The notes under the pieces: model-generated | Seen by the model: only the letters and a program-made list of their open reading frames with translations | The model's database searches: none | Told to the model about the DNA's origin: nothing | Part shown: positions 9,911 through 20,197 of the stretch, in pieces | Layout: the number at the start of each line of letters is the position of its first letter | How positions within the stretch are numbered: position 1 is the stretch's first letter | Source of the DNA: Fibrobacteria bacterium | GTDB lineage: Bacteria; Fibrobacterota; Fibrobacteria; UBA11236 | Reading direction: 5' to 3' | Assembly: GCA_043732185.1 (NCBI GenBank) | Contig: JAYTHY010000074.1 | Location: forward strand, 104,114-168,113 | Length of the DNA: 64,000 nt | Program-made: the position numbers and the translations under genes

Positions 9911-10509
9911 ATTCCAGCCCACAACTCCCTGGAAAATTCAAAAGAAAATATCTGGTCAATGGATCTTTTCAAATTCGATTCGTTGCATTTCTTTGTACCC
10001 CCGTTATACTTACCGGGATTTTTTCCATCATTGTTGTATATAATAGTGCTCATGGGGCCCTGATGGAGAGCATGTTTCGCTCCCATCTTGCTTCTGGAGA
10101 AATCGGAAAAATTCTGACTATGCCGATTCTGAAAGCCAATCTGTTGGTGTTTGGTGTTTCCTGCCTCTTGGCTATGGGGGCGATTCTTTTAATCGCCTAC
10201 AGATCGAATAAGTCCATCCAATCCATTGAATCCGATTTGCTCAACTTTGGGGAAAAGCCCGCCGTTTCAAAATGGCGACAAAGCTCCGTTCTCTGGAGCG
10301 GAATTGAAAGTGAATCCGTCGAAAAATTTCAAGCAAGGTTAAACGGATTTCGGCAAGCTGCCGATTTGCTCGCCTCTGTTGAAACAAATTTCGCGTTGAC
10401 TTCAGATGCATCGCAGTTTCCAAACCGCGAACGCTTGGTTAGAATACTTAAAGAAGCCGAAACCTATTGCCGACTGTCCCTCAATCAGTTCCAATGGAAT
10501 AAAGCCTAG
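9907..10509 (+). CDS. Two-TM membrane protein (degenerate HAMP/MCP-like)
   Basis: KRKYLVNGSFQIRF N-terminus, two TM helices; ATGA overlap with the cytochrome gene. Confidence 0.55.
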   Translation: MNSSPQLPGKFKRKYLVNGSFQIRFVAFLCTPVILTGIFSIIVVYNSAHGALMESMFRSHLASGEIGKILTMPILKANLLVFGVSCLLAMGAILLIAYRSNKSIQSIESDLLNFGEKPAVSKWRQSSVLWSGIESESVEKFQARLNGFRQAADLLASVETNFALTSDASQFPNRERLVRILKEAETYCRLSLNQFQWNKA

Positions 10510-10548
10510 CGGATTGTAAAATTATTCAATACAGGAAAATGGTTTGAT

Positions 10549-11346
10549 ATGGACACTCTCGAAAACTTACTCTCCAAACTTTGGGAAGAGTATCGCGCGC
10601 TCAACCCTCAGGCCACGCGCATACAGGAACTCCTAAAAGCACGTGGAGAGTCGATACAAAACGATCATATTGCATTTCGAACGGTAGACGATCCAAGAGT
10701 GGATATAAGCGTCATGAGCGCGCCGTTTACTGCACTAGGATATCGAGAAGCAGGTCGGTATACCTTTCCCGAAAAAAAGCTTGATGCCGTACATTACGAA
10801 CATGCCGATCCGGCTCAGCCCAAAATATTCATCAGTCAGCTACGCATGCGGGAGCTCAGCCAGGGAGCTCAGTCCATGCTGCTCGGCCTTATCAATCAAA
10901 TCCCCGGAGCCTTTCTCGCTAATCCGTTCTGGTGTGTCGGCGGGCGGTCATGGAGTCTGGATTTTACCACCTATACCGCCTTGGAAAGGGAAAGTGACTA
11001 TGCTGCCTGGCTTTCCGCTTTCGGATTCCGTCCCAACCATTTTACGGTCTTGGCCAATGCCCTGCGCACTTTTCCAAACCTTCTGGCTCTAAACAGTTTC
11101 TTAAAATCCGAAGGTTTTGTTTTGAATGCCAGTGGCGGAGAGATTAAAGGCAGCCCAGAACTCTTCTTAGAACAGTCCTCAACCTTGGCAAATCAGGTAT
11201 CCACGGCGTTTAGCGATGGCTTCCATGCCATACCCGGTTGTTATTATGAGTTTGCCAGACGGTATCCTCTGCCAAGCGGCCAACTTTTCCAAGGTTTTAT
11301 TACTGCGTCGGCAAATCGGATATTCGAAAGCACGGATCGAAAGTAA
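10549..11346 (+). CDS. DUF1338 family protein (VOC-fold; HGLS-like)
   Basis: NDHIAFRT, PKIFISQL, ESDYAAW...GFRPNHFT, LEQSST, YYEFARRY, FQGF...A-RIFEST. Confidence 0.85.
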   Translation: MDTLENLLSKLWEEYRALNPQATRIQELLKARGESIQNDHIAFRTVDDPRVDISVMSAPFTALGYREAGRYTFPEKKLDAVHYEHADPAQPKIFISQLRMRELSQGAQSMLLGLINQIPGAFLANPFWCVGGRSWSLDFTTYTALERESDYAAWLSAFGFRPNHFTVLANALRTFPNLLALNSFLKSEGFVLNASGGEIKGSPELFLEQSSTLANQVSTAFSDGFHAIPGCYYEFARRYPLPSGQLFQGFITASANRIFESTDRK

Positions 11347-11385
11347 ACGCAGTAAATTGCCACAACCTTAAAATCCCAGAAAACA

Positions 11386-11414
11386 AAAAGCCATGCTATT
11401 ACAGCATGGCTTTT
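11386..11414. terminator. Bidirectional intrinsic terminator
   Basis: aaaagccatgct-attac-agcatggctttt between convergent genes. Confidence 0.85.
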
Positions 11415-11437
11415 CCATTTTCGAAATCAATCGAAAA

Positions 11438-13339
11438 TTATTTAATCAGGAATTTCTGAACCAGATTCTGACTGCCTACATTGAGTTTGACAAAGTACAG
11501 GCCGCGTTTGATAGCGTTTAAGTCAACGCGTTCATTCGTTGCAGAGGTTGCACCACTTACCATTTCTTTTCCAAAGAGGTCGAACACTGAATAATTTGCC
11601 CCGGCCTGGCTTAGAATGACAAAGCCATTCTTACCAGATTCAATGAGGCCCAACTGATTCGAGTTTCTGTTTGCAATAACACCCTGCCGAATACCGGCTG
11701 CATTTGTGACTTCAATGGAGAAGTCTTGCACGTCACCGGCGAACAACTTGCCCAGCGGGTCTGCGACGCTGCCCAAGGAGTCGTACTGCACGCGCACGCG
11801 CATTCTGGTAAGACCGAGTTTTGCCGTGGTTGGTACCACTACCTGTGCCGTGACATCACCGCTTGCTAATCCGCCCTGGGTGGACAGAACTTTTTCAGTC
11901 GAATCAAAGGAGCAATCTGAGTTCCAATCGATCCAGGCGTAGGCATGATCTGGCGGAAATACTGCGTTGAGCGTCACTGCCAGAGTCAAAGTTTGACCCA
12001 GACCCACTTTCGTTAAGTTCGCGGTGTAGTCGGAATAGAATTCTCCTGCTTTCGGAACACGCGAGGTGGACTGGCCAATATCGCCAAATGAGACATAACT
12101 GATGTAGTCGGCACCCGTTCCGGCGAATCCTGCAGCATCACCGTAGCATGTAGGTCCTTCAATATAGGTAGGGGCCAGCGTAATGCTCTTATCTAGAGTG
12201 ATGGATATGGTACGGTCCTTAAGGGTTGACACAGCACCCCAACCCGAAAACAGAAAGCCGTAAGCCGGAGCTACCGTGGCCTTGATGACGGTACCTTGAT
12301 TGTACGCGCCGCCAGCCGGACTAATCGTGACCGAACCCTTGGTTACATCAACGGGCACCGTAACCGTGCAAATGGGTGTGGTGACAAAAACGGGAGTAAT
12401 GGTAGAGTTTTTGGAAATAACCAGATCCAAGGGATTGGCATCTGTGGTATTGTCGCCGCTCCATGCCGAAAATTTATAACCAAGGCTAGGAGTCGCTTCC
12501 ATATGAATGGTTTCACCGGAGTCGTATGCAGCTCGGATGGGTGAATAGACCAAAGTGCCGTTGGTAACGCTGGTAGCCAAAGTATAGACTGGCACAGCTT
12601 TTCCCTTGGTGACGATGATGCTATAGTCTTCAACATCTCCGGCAAAACCATTACCACAGGGTGCTCCGGGCGCGCCTTCTGCATACTGAACGCGAACGCG
12701 CATGCGGGTGGCCCCGGCAACGGTGGATTGGGGAATAAAGACGGTGGTGATGTTTGCTTGTTGAATGGCGGCATAGTCCGAATGGAGAACCACTTCGGAC
12801 GTATCAAAAGTGCCGTCTTGATTAAAGTCAATCCAAACGAATATTTGGTCCGGCGGGAAGGTGGTTCCCAAAGAGACTTGCAGTCCATAGGTTTGGCCAG
12901 TTGTGACAAAGGCGGCCATGGAAGTGTAGTCGGTATAATTCTCCTGCAATTGGAAAGGATGTGGTGCCGACTGGTTATTTAGATTTGCAAAGGAAACCAT
13001 GTTCATAAAGTCCGCGCCCGTGCCAACGGAACCCGCTGCGGTGCAATAACCCGTCGCCGCTGTGACAAAACTTGCGGTCAATGATTTATCCGCATCCATA
13101 ACTACTGCAACAGTATTTTCCGTGCTGGTGGTGGCACCGGTCCAACCCGTGAAAACTTTTCCTGGATTCGCTGCGACAGTAACTATAACCGTCGTACCGG
13201 TAGCATAACTGCCGCCTGGAGGAGTGAGTGTGATAACACCATCCGGAGCAGTGGTCGTTAATGTAAAGGTTTGAGCCACCGTAAAGCTGGCAAACACCCC
13301 AAGTGCTAAAATTGCTGTACTCAATATCCGACGAATCAT
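11438..13339 (-). CDS. Secreted protein with two GEVED domains, InlB-B-like repeats and T9SS-type CTD
   Basis: Signal peptide; twice WID(F/W)NxD..FD..E...TRMRVR...GDV(E/Q)D; repeats with G-YxxGTxV...A.P..GY.FSGW; C-terminus YSVFDLFGK...GLYFVKL...QKFLIK. Confidence 0.85.
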   Translation of the reverse strand: MIRRILSTAILALGVFASFTVAQTFTLTTTAPDGVITLTPPGGSYATGTTVIVTVAANPGKVFTGWTGATTSTENTVAVVMDADKSLTASFVTAATGYCTAAGSVGTGADFMNMVSFANLNNQSAPHPFQLQENYTDYTSMAAFVTTGQTYGLQVSLGTTFPPDQIFVWIDFNQDGTFDTSEVVLHSDYAAIQQANITTVFIPQSTVAGATRMRVRVQYAEGAPGAPCGNGFAGDVEDYSIIVTKGKAVPVYTLATSVTNGTLVYSPIRAAYDSGETIHMEATPSLGYKFSAWSGDNTTDANPLDLVISKNSTITPVFVTTPICTVTVPVDVTKGSVTISPAGGAYNQGTVIKATVAPAYGFLFSGWGAVSTLKDRTISITLDKSITLAPTYIEGPTCYGDAAGFAGTGADYISYVSFGDIGQSTSRVPKAGEFYSDYTANLTKVGLGQTLTLAVTLNAVFPPDHAYAWIDWNSDCSFDSTEKVLSTQGGLASGDVTAQVVVPTTAKLGLTRMRVRVQYDSLGSVADPLGKLFAGDVQDFSIEVTNAAGIRQGVIANRNSNQLGLIESGKNGFVILSQAGANYSVFDLFGKEMVSGATSATNERVDLNAIKRGLYFVKLNVGSQNLVQKFLIK

Positions 13340-13447
13340 CTGTCCCCCTAATATGTGTGATGCACGAAATGCCTAATGTTCATGGCAATTAAAGGGGCTA
13401 AAGATAGACTTTGCCTTAAAGAAAAAACAGGTTCTTTTTACAAAAGT

Positions 13448-14668
13448 CTACTCGTGTGGGAACAGCGGAATTGTCAATAAATGTGATTCGGCAGGCCGGG
13501 CACCAGAACCAGCGTCCACTTTGATAAAACCTATGTCTGCCTTTTTGAAATCCGCTAAGGGATATTCACTGGGCCCGAAACCGGACAACGACTCCCGAAC
13601 ACGGCCACCTATATCTAAAATAGTCAAGCGATAGGGGCCCGGAAAAAGGACGGAAAGGACCTTGTTTTGCGAAAAGACCCCAATTCGGGCGATTTCATGT
13701 TGCTGAAGGCCCGTTCCCTTTAGAGTTTTGCAAGCTGCCGAGTCCGGCATATTGACGGCTGAATTGAATTCTAAAAAGCGACTGTCCGCACAGCCATAAA
13801 TTGCCGGCAGGTTTTTTTGGTAGGCCTTCCAAACTGTCATGGAATTGGCCAAATGTGTAATCGGATTTTGCGGCAATCCATAGCATTGCAACGCGAAGGA
13901 CCCGTGAAATCCATTTTCAACCAACATTTTTACAAGCACAAAGGTGTCAAAATTGCCCTCACCTAAGGGGCGAATCAAGGTTGTCCAATCCGAGCCCACG
14001 CTGTCGGTGCCATTAATAGAAGCTGCGAAAACATAGGCCATGGAAGTTTTAAGCAAGGAATCCGCCCTTTGCGTAAAATTCAATTTCATCACACTGCAGT
14101 AGCGCTGCTCGTGGCATTGGTTGAAACAAATGCCGACATTGGGGCGATTGGCGAGTTTTGCCACCCGGAGCGCCTGAACGGCATTGGAAACAAAATCACC
14201 ATAATGCGGATATATGGCGACTTTACGTCCCGATGGTGCCAAGAGGTCCGCTACCCTAGCCACGTTCAAGGCCGCTTGTGCCTCAGTTGAAACAGAGCCG
14301 GCGGGAATATACAGGAACACCAATTCTCCTGCGGTTTTTAAAGCCGTTAAGTCTCCACTGATATTGTCGCCGGGATTGCGCCAAATACCAAGAAGCTTTT
14401 GATTCCGTTGTTGCAGGGCCGGCAATAGAGTAGTGAAATCGCTGGACCCCCCTTCCCACATGATCCCGTTATAGCCTGCATTGGCGATAAGAGTCACTTT
14501 ATCAGTTGGGTTACCGGGAATGCCCGTGGATTGCGGGTAGATGGGATGAGTCAATCGGGTAGTGGGAAGCTGAGCCAAACCCAATGTGGCAAAGGCTAGA
14601 ATTAAAGCGACGAGGTGCTGCGAAAGTCGTCCTTGTTTCAAGGCTGGAAGCTGGAATGACATGTTCAT
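13448..14668 (-). CDS. Secreted sugar-phosphate isomerase/epimerase-like TIM barrel with C-terminal CTD-like tail
   Basis: Signal peptide; AIYPH, NVGICFNQCH, SING, LIRPLGEGNFD, GSFALQCYG; GCADSRFLEFN...AC motif; ILDIGGR tail. Confidence 0.7.
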   Translation of the reverse strand: MNMSFQLPALKQGRLSQHLVALILAFATLGLAQLPTTRLTHPIYPQSTGIPGNPTDKVTLIANAGYNGIMWEGGSSDFTTLLPALQQRNQKLLGIWRNPGDNISGDLTALKTAGELVFLYIPAGSVSTEAQAALNVARVADLLAPSGRKVAIYPHYGDFVSNAVQALRVAKLANRPNVGICFNQCHEQRYCSVMKLNFTQRADSLLKTSMAYVFAASINGTDSVGSDWTTLIRPLGEGNFDTFVLVKMLVENGFHGSFALQCYGLPQNPITHLANSMTVWKAYQKNLPAIYGCADSRFLEFNSAVNMPDSAACKTLKGTGLQQHEIARIGVFSQNKVLSVLFPGPYRLTILDIGGRVRESLSGFGPSEYPLADFKKADIGFIKVDAGSGARPAESHLLTIPLFPHE

Positions 14669-14792
14669 GCTGTGTTCCCTTGTCAATCTCTATACCCGGT
14701 TTGGCCTGCCGAGTCTACAAGCTATGCTGGATTTCAAAAAGCCACACCGTGTTTTCACACCCTACCTCGAAAAATACCGCCGTGGTGGCAGA

Positions 14793-16172
14793 TTAGTCCA
14801 GGCCCAAAATACCTTCTAACGCCACTGAAGCTGCGCGGCTCTCCCTTAAAAGGTCCGGATCCAGTAGATCTGCCGACAGTACGCGATCCCGGTAATGTTT
14901 TTCTACCCAATCCATCAGCCGCTTATAGATCTGGTCGTTGAATTTCACTCCATTTGGGACCTCGCCCCATTCCTCCGGAGTCAAAACAGCGCGTAGCCTT
15001 AGGCACGCCGGACCTCCGCCGTTGCGCATGCTTTGTCGCAGATTTACAAACGCCACTTCGGTTATACCAAAACCTAAATGCGGCAAGTGTTCCAAATATT
15101 TGCGAGTGGACGGATTCCGACGGCACTCTTCGGCCGCCAACAGAAGCATTCCCCCATCGGGCAGGCTAATGATTTGCGAATTGAACAAATAGGTGGAAAT
15201 GGCCGTCGCCAAGGAAACGTGCTGCGATTTCACTTCAATCAACCGCAGCGCCCCGTGACCTAATGCTGCGAACTTGCGTTGAATTTCCCTTAGCGCCCCA
15301 CTCCGGTTCAGAAAAGCAGCTTCATGGAAAAATAAAACGTCCGCATTGGCAACGGATATCACATCGTTATGAAAGACACCGGCGTCAATGGCAACGGGAT
15401 TTTGGGCAAGAAAAAGGGTTCGTTCCGGAGCCAATGCATGCAAACGGGCTACCGCTTCCGAAGCTTCTTGGGATTGACGCGGGGCATATCGGCGCGTGGT
15501 ATTGCGCTTTTGCTGTGCGTGGGAAAATCCAAATACGAATACTTCTAAGCCAGTCTCGGCATGCTGCGACGCCAGGCGAATATGATTGGCTGCGCCCTCA
15601 TCCCAAAAATAATTTGCTGTGGGTAAGGGATCATGGTGGACAAACCGGTGGCCCGGGAAAATCCGTTTCAGCAGACGGGATGTGTGAGGCGTTTCCAAGC
15701 TCCGATGCAGCTGGCTCGCCAGATTGGCGGGAGTAATATGCACCTTGCCATCGGCGCAATCGGACGAGGGTGAAATCGTAGCCGCATTGGCCGTCCACAT
15801 AGCGGAAGCACTCCAAGCGGCAGCCAAAAGAACAGGATTCTGTTTTCCAACTTTTTGCAAAACATCGGGATCTCTACCCGTAAATCCCAAACGCCGTAGC
15901 CAATCGAGATCGGGACGGATTTGGGGGGGTAGAATCGCTTGTGGAATTCCGCGGGAGGCGAGGTATCGCATCTTGTCCAACCCTTGCAGGGCCGCCTGCC
16001 TGGGATTGGCCGGTTGCTTGCGATTGACTTGCGAGGCGACATTGCCATGTGCCAAGCCCGCATAATTATGCGTCAATCCAACCAGGCCATCGAAATTGAC
16101 TTCTTGAGTTTGAGATTGGGCTTGGACTTGGACCTGGGTCTTGATCTGCGTCGCGGTGAATTTCTTTTTCAA
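14793..16172 (-). CDS. astB: N-succinylarginine dihydrolase
   Basis: EVNFDGLVGLTHNYAGL, SASAMWTANAAT, DEGAANH, GVFHNDVI, QSMRNGGGPACLRLR; probable TTG start overlapping the astD TGA. Confidence 0.95.
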   Translation of the reverse strand: MKKKFTATQIKTQVQVQAQSQTQEVNFDGLVGLTHNYAGLAHGNVASQVNRKQPANPRQAALQGLDKMRYLASRGIPQAILPPQIRPDLDWLRRLGFTGRDPDVLQKVGKQNPVLLAAAWSASAMWTANAATISPSSDCADGKVHITPANLASQLHRSLETPHTSRLLKRIFPGHRFVHHDPLPTANYFWDEGAANHIRLASQHAETGLEVFVFGFSHAQQKRNTTRRYAPRQSQEASEAVARLHALAPERTLFLAQNPVAIDAGVFHNDVISVANADVLFFHEAAFLNRSGALREIQRKFAALGHGALRLIEVKSQHVSLATAISTYLFNSQIISLPDGGMLLLAAEECRRNPSTRKYLEHLPHLGFGITEVAFVNLRQSMRNGGGPACLRLRAVLTPEEWGEVPNGVKFNDQIYKRLMDWVEKHYRDRVLSADLLDPDLLRESRAASVALEGILGLD

Positions 16173-17647
16173 GGGTCGATGCCCAGTGGAAGCGGTTGGA
16201 TTCCCGACCCATCCGGCTTTGCCAGTGGAGCGGCTTCCAAAGATGCTACAGGGTAGGCACAATAATCAGCTGCATAATACGCGCTGGGCCGATGGTTGCC
16301 GCTGTCGCCGACGCCGCCAAAAGGCAGCTTGCCGCTGGCTCCGGTGGTTTGCCGGTTCCAGTTGACCACTCCGGCGCGGATTCGATTCCGGAACAATTCC
16401 CAACGATCGAGCCTATCGCTGAGAAGTCCTGCTGCCAATCCAAAACGAGTTTGATTGGCCACATCTATGGCGGCGTCGAAATCTTTTACCCGAATGATTT
16501 GTAGTAGGGGCCCAAAATATTCCTCATCGGGACAATTTTCCACTCCGGTCATATCCACGATACCGGGAGATAAAAATGCGTGCTGCATGCGCCGCATACG
16601 AACCAATATCGTACCGCCCAGTTTTTCCAATTTCGATTGTGCGTCCATTAGGTGATCGGCCGCTTGAATGGAAATGACCGGTCCCAAAAAGGGTTCCGGA
16701 CGGTCTCCATAGGCTCCCACTCTTAATCGCGGAACCAAGGAAAGGAGTGCCCGCAAATGCCGGTCCCCATCTGTACCCTCGGGTAGGATAAGTCGCCGAG
16801 CGCACACACAGCGCTGTCCGGCGGTGATAAAGGCCGACTGAGCCGTGAGCAAAGCAGCCTGTTGCGCTTCCGCACAGTCCCAGATGACAAGAGGATTATT
16901 GCCTCCAAGTTCCAAGGCTAATATTTTTCCCGGATGTTCTGAAAATTGGCGCGCCAGAGCTACGCCGCCTGCATGGCTGCCGGTAAAAAAAAGTCCGTCC
17001 AATCCGGGGTGCGAAGCGAGGGAAACCCCCGTGTTACGTCCTCCCTGAACCAGATTCAAGACACCTGCAGGCAGTCCTGCCTGTTGCCAAAAAGCCGTGG
17101 TCCATTCGGACACACCCGGTGTCATTTCACTCGGTTTGAAAACCACCGTGTTGCCGGCCAGTAAGGCGGGTACGATATGGCTATGCGGCAAATGGCCGGG
17201 CAAATTAAACGGTCCGAGCACGGCCACGACTCCATGGGGTCGAAAGCGTTTGACAGCCCTAAAATCCGCCTGAGAAAATTCGGATTCCGAGCAGCGATCG
17301 CGATAGGCTTCGATGGAATTTGCCACCTTGGCCACCATGGTATCGCATTCTTGCAGCGATTCCCACAGGGGCTTTCCTGTTTCCTGGGAAATGGCGTCGG
17401 CCAATACAGCGCGGTTCTCTTTCACTTTGTCTGCAAAGGAGGTTAGGTAACCGGTGCGTTCACTTACCGTCAAGCGGCTCCAGAATAATAAAGCCGACCG
17501 AGCAGCCGCAATAGCCGCATCCACTTGCTTGGGAGACGCTTCCTGACCTTCCCAAACGGAATTACCTGTAGACGGATCGACGGAAGCAAATTGTGCTCCT
17601 TCGCCCAGCGTCCAAACTCCAGCAATGAAATGTCCGCGGCCTATCAT
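16169..17647 (-). CDS. astD: Succinylglutamate-semialdehyde dehydrogenase
   Basis: ALDH motifs FKPSE, FTGS, LELGGNNP, catalytic GQRC, EEYFGP; AstD-typical GNHRPSAYYAADYC. Confidence 0.95.
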   Translation of the reverse strand: MIGRGHFIAGVWTLGEGAQFASVDPSTGNSVWEGQEASPKQVDAAIAAARSALLFWSRLTVSERTGYLTSFADKVKENRAVLADAISQETGKPLWESLQECDTMVAKVANSIEAYRDRCSESEFSQADFRAVKRFRPHGVVAVLGPFNLPGHLPHSHIVPALLAGNTVVFKPSEMTPGVSEWTTAFWQQAGLPAGVLNLVQGGRNTGVSLASHPGLDGLFFTGSHAGGVALARQFSEHPGKILALELGGNNPLVIWDCAEAQQAALLTAQSAFITAGQRCVCARRLILPEGTDGDRHLRALLSLVPRLRVGAYGDRPEPFLGPVISIQAADHLMDAQSKLEKLGGTILVRMRRMQHAFLSPGIVDMTGVENCPDEEYFGPLLQIIRVKDFDAAIDVANQTRFGLAAGLLSDRLDRWELFRNRIRAGVVNWNRQTTGASGKLPFGGVGDSGNHRPSAYYAADYCAYPVASLEAAPLAKPDGSGIQPLPLGIDP

Positions 17648-18729
17648 TTTTTCTTTTTGGCTCTAGGTACGGGGGACCGCAAAGGTGCCGCTACAGGGAC
17701 GGATACGGCCCCACGAATAGGCGCCACTCGCACCGGATCGCCTTTTTTTAAACTAAGTGCTTTAGCAGTTTCCTGCGATATTTCAACTCCCTTTCCCGGC
17801 AATATATTCAGGGAAGCTACCGTAGCACGGAAGCCGTGAGAATAGGTATTGGAAAGCAGGAACGGATCGGTTTCGATGGGCTTTCCCAGGATTTTTAATA
17901 CCTGCAGCACCTGACTTTCTTTTACCGTGCGAATGTCATCGGTGGGACAGCTGATAATTGGGCCACCCTCGAAAATATCCACCATGCCCGAAAAAGAAAA
18001 ACCTTCTCCTTCCAATAGTTTGATGGCAGGAACAGACTCGGAATGCACACGTCCGATCACATCCTGCGCCACTTTGGGCAAGAGTGGAATATAAATGGGA
18101 TGCTTGGGCATGAGATCGGCGATGAAACGTTTGTCCTTCATGACCATAGCATCCGCTTTGGGGAAATCGATTTCAAAAAAATGCCGCCCCAGCGCATCCC
18201 AGAAAACGGAACCACCCTTCTCATCGATGACGCCGCGCATTTCCGCCAACACCACAGGGTCGAAAAATTGCCTGTGATCGGCGATGAACATGAAACGGCT
18301 CAAGGATAAAAGCCGGCCATTGGTCCCACGGCGAAAATTAGGCGCCAGAAACAAGCTGCCGATTTCGGAAGGGCCGTTATGCTCCTTGACCAGATGCAAA
18401 GCGCGAATTTCATTGCGCACCTTAAGGGTTTTGGATTCATGCACGGTGGTTTCCAAACGGTAGGTCCAGAACGGTTCGAATCCGCCCACTTTGGAAACGA
18501 TGCCAGCGGTGCCGCCCACTTCGCCGCGCTCTAAATCTTCCATTACAAATAGATAGGTTTCACCGCCCGGTTTTTTCGCCATGCGTGCAAAGCCGCGCTG
18601 AGACTCCAGAATTCGGCCCTTCAGCAAATCACGATCATGCGGCAAAGTCGTAAGCCCAAAGCTGGCTTGGGAAGACAGCTGCATCAGCGCTTCCAAATCA
18701 TTCAGCTGTACAGGTCTAATTATGACCAT
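17644..18729 (-). CDS. astA: Arginine N-succinyltransferase
   Basis: IIRPV...GLTTLP, SEIGSLFL, GRLLSLSRF, AEMRG, FWDALGRHFF, LMPKHPIY, VDIFEGGP; ATG 18729. Confidence 0.95.
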   Translation of the reverse strand: MVIIRPVQLNDLEALMQLSSQASFGLTTLPHDRDLLKGRILESQRGFARMAKKPGGETYLFVMEDLERGEVGGTAGIVSKVGGFEPFWTYRLETTVHESKTLKVRNEIRALHLVKEHNGPSEIGSLFLAPNFRRGTNGRLLSLSRFMFIADHRQFFDPVVLAEMRGVIDEKGGSVFWDALGRHFFEIDFPKADAMVMKDKRFIADLMPKHPIYIPLLPKVAQDVIGRVHSESVPAIKLLEGEGFSFSGMVDIFEGGPIISCPTDDIRTVKESQVLQVLKILGKPIETDPFLLSNTYSHGFRATVASLNILPGKGVEISQETAKALSLKKGDPVRVAPIRGAVSVPVAAPLRSPVPRAKKKK

Positions 18730-18733
18730 AAGC

Positions 18734-20194
18734 TTAGCCTTTGCCTTTCTTGGTGTCGGCAGCCCCGACAGTCCCTGCTCCGGCAGCCTCTGCCCCGGCA
18801 GCCTCTGCCGCCGTTTCGAGCAACACCCGTTCGATAATAGGGAATGCTGCATCGATGTCGCTTGTTTCTGTGGATCCTACGGGAAGCAGAAACCGCGCCC
18901 GCGCTGGATTTTCACCCGCAATAAAACCGATCACACCTGCATCGAATAACTTTCGCAAATACAGCGCCACCAAATCCGATTTGCCTCCCAGCGGTGTGAA
19001 GGCCAGCATGCCCCCAAGGCCAAAGGGTCCTGCTGCAAGCTTGGGATGACGGCGCACCAAATCTTCCAGCTTATGGGTAAAATGCCGTGAGAGACGCATG
19101 ATTTTTCCATCTGGTCCCAGAAAACCTTGCTCCAGCATGATACGCAGTATGGCCCGCGCGGCATGGATGGATACGGACGGCGCAGAAAAAGTTTGACTCA
19201 CCAGTCCAGGCTTTGGTTTGAATTCCGCACGAAACAAGGTCGCACAGGCTTGGCTCAATTTTCCAAGTGTGACCGCGTCCACGAAAGCATCTAGACCGAA
19301 ATGCTGGAAGGCAAAAAACTCGGAGGTCCGTCCGAAAGTTTGGATTTCATCCATAAGAATGGAAACACCGGACTTTTTAAGAATCTGCATTAGAGCGCGG
19401 AAAAAATCACTGTCACCGGGAAGATACCCCGCCCCCTCTCCTTGAATGAGTTCAAAAATCATGCAGGCATATTCATTGGGATGCTTCTGCAAGTGATTTT
19501 CCAGACAGGCCGCAGCCTCGTCCGTACTTTCCTTCGGTCGCAGCGGATCGAAAAAGGGCACATAATCCACGGCCAAGGATTCCGGCAGCCCCTGCCGGTA
19601 GGCGGGCTTATCCGTAATTTGGGATAAGGCCAAAGTCCGCCCCGCAAAACAATGCTGGAAAGCCAGCACTCGGTTGGCGGGAAAGCGTTTTTGGAACAGT
19701 ATTTTGAGAGCGTTCTCATTGGCCATGGCGCCACTACTGGTCAAAAACCCATGTGCCAGTTGAGCACCTTTGCGATTGGCCGCCTGTAAAAGTTCAGTGA
19801 GCAGGGCTTCGCTAGTCGCGTTCTGTTGCAAGTTTCCTTGCATCACCGTGTTCTCTAAGGCCGCGTCCACGCCAACTTCCAATAAGGCCGGATGATTGTG
19901 CCCCATATAATGCACGCCGATACCGGTGATGAAATCATACTTAACACTACCATCCGCCAGTTCGACCAAAGGACCTCGTCCCAGTCCACTTCCCAGATAA
20001 GGATAGTAGAGCGCGGATCCGCGCAGGCTCCCGAATCGTGCCAAGGTTTCTGCATACTCCTGGGTCAAATTAGGATCCGGAGGCCGGACACCTGTCAAAG
20101 CAGCCTGATGCTCCACCATCGCTTCCCGCAGCAATCGTTTTGCTTCTTGCACTCTTGAATCACTTGCCAAAGCTTTGGCCGCCAATTGTCCCAT
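18734..20194 (-). CDS. Class III aminotransferase (probable succinylornithine transaminase, AstC role)
   Basis: YDFITGIGVHYMGHNHP, SGAMANE, FAGRT, ELIQGEG, DEIQTFGRT, PLP Lys in TLGK; position inside AST operon. Confidence 0.85.
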   Translation of the reverse strand: MGQLAAKALASDSRVQEAKRLLREAMVEHQAALTGVRPPDPNLTQEYAETLARFGSLRGSALYYPYLGSGLGRGPLVELADGSVKYDFITGIGVHYMGHNHPALLEVGVDAALENTVMQGNLQQNATSEALLTELLQAANRKGAQLAHGFLTSSGAMANENALKILFQKRFPANRVLAFQHCFAGRTLALSQITDKPAYRQGLPESLAVDYVPFFDPLRPKESTDEAAACLENHLQKHPNEYACMIFELIQGEGAGYLPGDSDFFRALMQILKKSGVSILMDEIQTFGRTSEFFAFQHFGLDAFVDAVTLGKLSQACATLFRAEFKPKPGLVSQTFSAPSVSIHAARAILRIMLEQGFLGPDGKIMRLSRHFTHKLEDLVRRHPKLAAGPFGLGGMLAFTPLGGKSDLVALYLRKLFDAGVIGFIAGENPARARFLLPVGSTETSDIDAAFPIIERVLLETAAEAAGAEAAGAGTVGAADTKKGKG

Positions 20195-20197
20195 GGT

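Noticed and set aside
19323..19337. GGTCCGTCCGAA 12-mer matching the nirA leader element inside the aminotransferase gene
   Set aside because: It encodes the conserved FGRT motif of class III aminotransferases, so it is most likely coding coincidence.
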